DNA of 38,182 nucleotides from a virus (Duplodnaviria; Caudoviricetes): positions 1-38,182 of the IMG/VR virus record IMGVR_UViG_3300032373_000049, one strand, 5' to 3'. The position numbers were made by a program, and so were the translations under genes. Below are positions 34,632-38,182 of this stretch, piece after piece (position 1 is the first letter of the stretch; the number at the start of each line of letters is the position of its first letter). The notes under the pieces are model-generated. The model was given only the letters and a program-made list of their open reading frames with translations. It was not told the DNA's origin and did not search any database.

Positions 34632-35919
34632 AGTCCTACAGATTCCTACCGCTGGCGTATTCCAGCCACTCTTGCAGCCAGCGAGATACAAAGGCGCATG
34701 GGGCGGGCGTGGGTCTGGCAAGTCGCGGTTCTTTGCTGGTCTGGCGGCAGAAGAGCATTTGCGCAACAAGGGGCAGCGGACAGTCTGCATTCGCGAGGTG
34801 CAGAAATCGCTCAAGCAATCAGCGAAGAAACTCATAGAGGATACGCTGCAAGCATACGATCTTGGCGAGGCGCAAGGGTTCAAGGTTTATCGCGAGGTGA
34901 TCGAAACGCCTGGTGATGGGCTGATTATATTTCAGGGTATGCAAGACCATACTGCCGACAGCGTGAAATCGCTGGAAGGCTTTGATCGGGCGTGGGTGGA
35001 GGAGGCGCAATCTCTTTCTGACAGATCATTGACGTTGCTTCGCCCAACAATCCGCAAAAACGGTTCTGAACTGTGGTTTTCGTGGAACCCGTCGCGACCA
35101 ACTGACCCGGTTGATATGCTGTTGCGCGGCCCTGTGCTGCCAACTGGTGCGGCTGTGGTCGAGGCCAACTGGTCTGACAACCCGTGGTTCCCTGACGTTC
35201 TTGAAGACGAGCGCCGGGACTGTTTTGAAAACCAGCCGGATCGATACGCGCATATCTGGCAGGGCGAATATGCGACGGTTCTTGATGGCGCGTATTACGC
35301 CAAGGACTTGAACAAAGCCCAGCTTGAGCGGCGAATTGGCATCGTTACCGCAGACCCTATCCTAAAAAAGCATGCGTTCTTCGACATCGGCGGCACAAGC
35401 AAGAAGTCAGACGCCGCGTCGATCTGGATTGTGCAGTTTGTTGGGGATGACATCCGGGTGCTGGATTACTACGAGGCTGTGGGTCAGCCGTTTGACGCTC
35501 ATGTCCACTGGCTGCGCTCAAGCGGCTATGAAGAGGCCGTGTGCGTATTGCCGCACGATGGCGTCAAGGCCGATACTGTCTACGCGGTGACGCCTCAGAG
35601 CTTTCTACGCGATGCCGGGTTCCAGGTTGATATTGTGCGCAACCAAGGCGCTGGCGCTGCAATGAAGCGGATCGACGCCACGCGGCGCATATTCGGCGCA
35701 TTCCGGTTCAACGAGGAAAGCACACAGGGCGGGCGCGATGCGCTGGGCTGGTATCACGAACGTAAAGACGAGGCGCGCAACATTGGGCTTGGGCCAGAAC
35801 ACGATTGGGCGTCGCACGCGGCGGACTCGTTCGGAATGATTGCTGTGTTCAAGGCCGAAAACGTGGCCGCTGACTCGTGGGATAAGCCGTTGAGGCGCAA
35901 TCTGCGCGGCTTGGCATAA
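34615..35919 (+). CDS. terL: Terminase large subunit (PBSX/Terminase_3 family)
   Basis: Walker A GGRGSGKS, CIREVQKS, Walker B WVEEAQ, SWNP, nuclease DIG...D and HDWASHAAD motifs. Confidence 0.95.
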   Translation: MALRSKVLQIPTAGVFQPLLQPARYKGAWGGRGSGKSRFFAGLAAEEHLRNKGQRTVCIREVQKSLKQSAKKLIEDTLQAYDLGEAQGFKVYREVIETPGDGLIIFQGMQDHTADSVKSLEGFDRAWVEEAQSLSDRSLTLLRPTIRKNGSELWFSWNPSRPTDPVDMLLRGPVLPTGAAVVEANWSDNPWFPDVLEDERRDCFENQPDRYAHIWQGEYATVLDGAYYAKDLNKAQLERRIGIVTADPILKKHAFFDIGGTSKKSDAASIWIVQFVGDDIRVLDYYEAVGQPFDAHVHWLRSSGYEEAVCVLPHDGVKADTVYAVTPQSFLRDAGFQVDIVRNQGAGAAMKRIDATRRIFGAFRFNEESTQGGRDALGWYHERKDEARNIGLGPEHDWASHAADSFGMIAVFKAENVAADSWDKPLRRNLRGLA

Positions 35920-35964
35920 GGCTAGGTTATGTGATAGGGTCTGCTGAACAGGAACAGGTCTGCC

Positions 35965-37044
35965 GTGGTAAATCAACTCACCCTGCCGATGGATGCCGAT
36001 ATAGAAAACGACCGTATCGTTGGCCGTGACGAGCTAGGCATGCCTGTTCGTATGACGCGACGAGGCGAAAGATATCTTGTCAGCTATCCAAGTGAGCAAC
36101 CCGCGCCGCGTCTTCCGGGGCTGCTTGAGACAACTCTGGATGACCAAGGGCGGGCTATTCACACACGCAGAGACCTAGAGCCGACAATGACCGGCACGGC
36201 GTTGGGTGGGCTGCTTGGTGCATTCACTGAGGGCATGACCGCGCCGGGTCGGGCGTTGGGCGGTGAATCGGTATCTCTTGGTGATGTTTGGAACACAGCG
36301 ATTGATAACGGGATGCTTGCTGCACCAATGCCTGCACCGCGCGGGGCAATCAGGTCTGGCGCTATGCGGGCGGCGGATTCACCAGCCGACAATATCGCAG
36401 CAATGCTTCGCGAGGGCCGCGCGTCGGATATTACCGACGACATGATGGCCGCGCTATCGCCAGAGGATAACGCGCAACTGTTCAGGCTGTATGAGCAAGG
36501 CGCAACAGGCGTGCCGATGCCGATGGACGAGGCCAGCCGAATGGGTCGCGCGCGGGATATTTATGAACAAGCGGCAAGGAACGCCCGCGCTGATGGGTTT
36601 GTTCCGGGCCTGAGAACAGTTGAAGGGCCTGAATACATGACCACGCAGTCAAGATCTTGGTCTGATGGCGTTCGCGGGGATCGGACTCTTGCGGGAACGT
36701 CTGCAACGTCCATGCGTGATATGGACAGGGCCGCGAGGCTACATAGGCTTGGCTCAGAACCGTTATATTCAGAAGGATATTATCCAGGCGATACGACCGG
36801 CGTAATTGCTGGAGAACGAGTCAGAAGTGGCAGGGACGGCGGCGAGGTGATTCTTAGGAACCCTGACGAATATTTAGTGAGGTCGAGAGCCGCCCGCTTC
36901 GACCCGCGCTTGTCTCATCTTGCGCATCTTAGCGCGGCGGGCGTCGGCGCGGTTCCGGCACTTGGCCTTCTGAGCGGCGGGCCATCTGAACAGCAACGCG
37001 CCGATGAAGTGCGTCAATATCTCGGCTTACTGGGGGGCTTGTGA
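35965..37044 (+). CDS. Putative virion-associated effector with divergent ADP-ribosyltransferase-like domain
   Basis: GLL repeats; PMDEASRMGRA and RSRAARFDP flanks; inner GLR...GTSAT...GEVIL pattern. Confidence 0.55.
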   Translation: MVNQLTLPMDADIENDRIVGRDELGMPVRMTRRGERYLVSYPSEQPAPRLPGLLETTLDDQGRAIHTRRDLEPTMTGTALGGLLGAFTEGMTAPGRALGGESVSLGDVWNTAIDNGMLAAPMPAPRGAIRSGAMRAADSPADNIAAMLREGRASDITDDMMAALSPEDNAQLFRLYEQGATGVPMPMDEASRMGRARDIYEQAARNARADGFVPGLRTVEGPEYMTTQSRSWSDGVRGDRTLAGTSATSMRDMDRAARLHRLGSEPLYSEGYYPGDTTGVIAGERVRSGRDGGEVILRNPDEYLVRSRAARFDPRLSHLAHLSAAGVGAVPALGLLSGGPSEQQRADEVRQYLGLLGGL

Positions 37045-37667
37045 TGGCTCTAAGCACATTCGATGAACTCAAAACGGCAATTGCGGATTTCCTAAACCGC
37101 GACGATCTGACGGCAACAATTCCGACATTCATTGCGCTGGCTGAGGCGGAAATGAATCGCCGGTTGCGCCATTGGCGCATGGAAGTTCGCGCAACGCTTT
37201 CTACCAATGACCAATACAACGAACTGCCGACCGGCTGGCTTGAGGCTGTGCGCCTGTCTGTGAACACGTCAGACGGCATCAAGCCTTTGCGGCTCCTGTC
37301 TCAGCGAGACATCCAAGACAAGCGCCGTGCGGACGCTGACGTTGCAGGAGAGCCAGAGGGATATGCAATCACCGATGGCGGATATGAACTCTACCCAGCG
37401 CCGGATGCGACCTATTCGATTGAAACACTGTATTTCGCGCGGTTCACGGCACTGTCAGACGCCGCGCCATCGAACTGGCTTCTGACGTATCACCCTGCGG
37501 CGTATCTTTACGGCGCGCTCAAGCATTCAGCGCCGTATTTGCAGGAGGACCAACGCATGGCGGTCTGGGCGGCGCTGTTTGAGACGGAAATCATGCAGAT
37601 TGACGAGGCCAACTCAGCCGCTCGCCACTCTGGCACCGGGCTTCGCATTCGCATGGGTTCGGTCTGA
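37044..37667 (+). CDS. Head-tail adaptor protein
   Basis: LKTAIADFLNRDDLT..IPTFIALAEA..NR.LR; NWLL...P.AYLYGAL.HSAPYL motifs. Confidence 0.85.
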   Translation: MALSTFDELKTAIADFLNRDDLTATIPTFIALAEAEMNRRLRHWRMEVRATLSTNDQYNELPTGWLEAVRLSVNTSDGIKPLRLLSQRDIQDKRRADADVAGEPEGYAITDGGYELYPAPDATYSIETLYFARFTALSDAAPSNWLLTYHPAAYLYGALKHSAPYLQEDQRMAVWAALFETEIMQIDEANSAARHSGTGLRIRMGSV

Positions 37668-37858
37668 TGCCGTGGAGTGAAGAAACGAACGCATCCGGCT
37701 CTTGGAGCGACCAATCCGGCGGGTCTGGCTCTTGGGTTGATTACCTGACCCTGTTCGAGAACGGCGTTAATCAGTTTCTCGGCAATTGGGATGACACGCT
37801 GACCTGGAATGATCTAGCGCATTGGAATGACGGAACCAACTGGACGGAGGTGGCATAA
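37667..37858 (+). CDS. 63-aa Trp-repeat structural peptide
   Basis: Stop/start overlaps on both sides; periodic Trp. Confidence 0.65.
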   Translation: MPWSEETNASGSWSDQSGGSGSWVDYLTLFENGVNQFLGNWDDTLTWNDLAHWNDGTNWTEVA

Positions 37859-38182
37859 TGCCAACCAGCACAACGAATTTGGCGTTTCAACTGCCGGTGG
37901 TTTCCGCTGACGAAAACGCTTGGGGCGGATACCTAAACGCCAACTGGACGTCGGTTGACGCGGTGTTATGGGGTGGCACAGCCATTCAGCCAAACCTAAC
38001 CGCAGGATCGTGGCAAGTTGGCGGCGTTGCGGTTACATCAACGGCGGCTGAATTGAACATCTTGGACGGCGTGACAGCCACGGCGGCTGAGTTGAACGCG
38101 CTGGACGGCATCACGGCAACGGTCACAGAGTTGAACTATACGGACGGCGTAACGAGCGCCATTCAGACACAACTCGACGCCA
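37858..38182 (+). CDS. 5' part of junction-spanning tail fibre-like gene (continues at 128-765)
   Basis: GGAGG RBS, ATG 37858, MPTSTTNLAFQLPVVSADENAWGGYLNANW N-terminal anchor; open to the end of the window. Confidence 0.85.
   Translation, partial: MPTSTTNLAFQLPVVSADENAWGGYLNANWTSVDAVLWGGTAIQPNLTAGSWQVGGVAVTSTAAELNILDGVTATAAELNALDGITATVTELNYTDGVTSAIQTQLDA
38056..38182. repeat. Terminal direct repeat (circular assembly overlap), copy 2
   Basis: Identical to 1-127. Confidence 0.97.

Noticed and set aside
34062-34883. 273-aa minus-strand ORF and the other long antisense ORFs in the track
   Set aside because: Expected in high-GC DNA opposite real genes; no RBS or recognisable motifs

Overview
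This is a complete, circularly assembled dsDNA tailed phage genome. The last 127 nt (38056-38182) repeat bases 1-127 exactly, giving a unit length of 38,055 bp. The virion genes are podovirus-type: P22-like portal, adaptor and tail hub, GNAT-like protein, internal ejection proteins and several fibres/spikes, with no tape measure. The host is inferred to be an alphaproteobacterium, probably Rhodobacteraceae (GapR homologue, Rhodobacterales-style SSB). Layout: + strand virion and lysis genes (33058 through the junction to 19770); a leftward operon of small early genes (21897-19764); a rightward small-gene array headed by a degenerate resolvase-like protein (22039-24162); a leftward recombination operon (ERF, exonuclease, NinB-like, DUF1364, GapR); and a rightward replication/methylation operon (RHH, VRR-NUC, SSB, DUF1376, three DNA methyltransferases, HD protein). 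I recognised no integrase, CI repressor, DNA polymerase, tRNA, CRISPR array or reverse transcriptase. The most notable observations are (1) a C5 methyltransferase split over two nested reading frames, M.EcoHK31I-style, with a repeat-flanked specificity module; (2) an unannotated ~60-nt anti-Shine-Dalgarno sRNA with its own promoter and terminator and perfect matches to phage RBSs; (3) a candidate ADP-ribosyltransferase-fold effector next to terL; (4) a catalytically dead serine-resolvase derivative heading a repeat-junctioned gene array; (5) symmetric bidirectional promoters. All family assignments come from motif recognition by eye, not from database searches.
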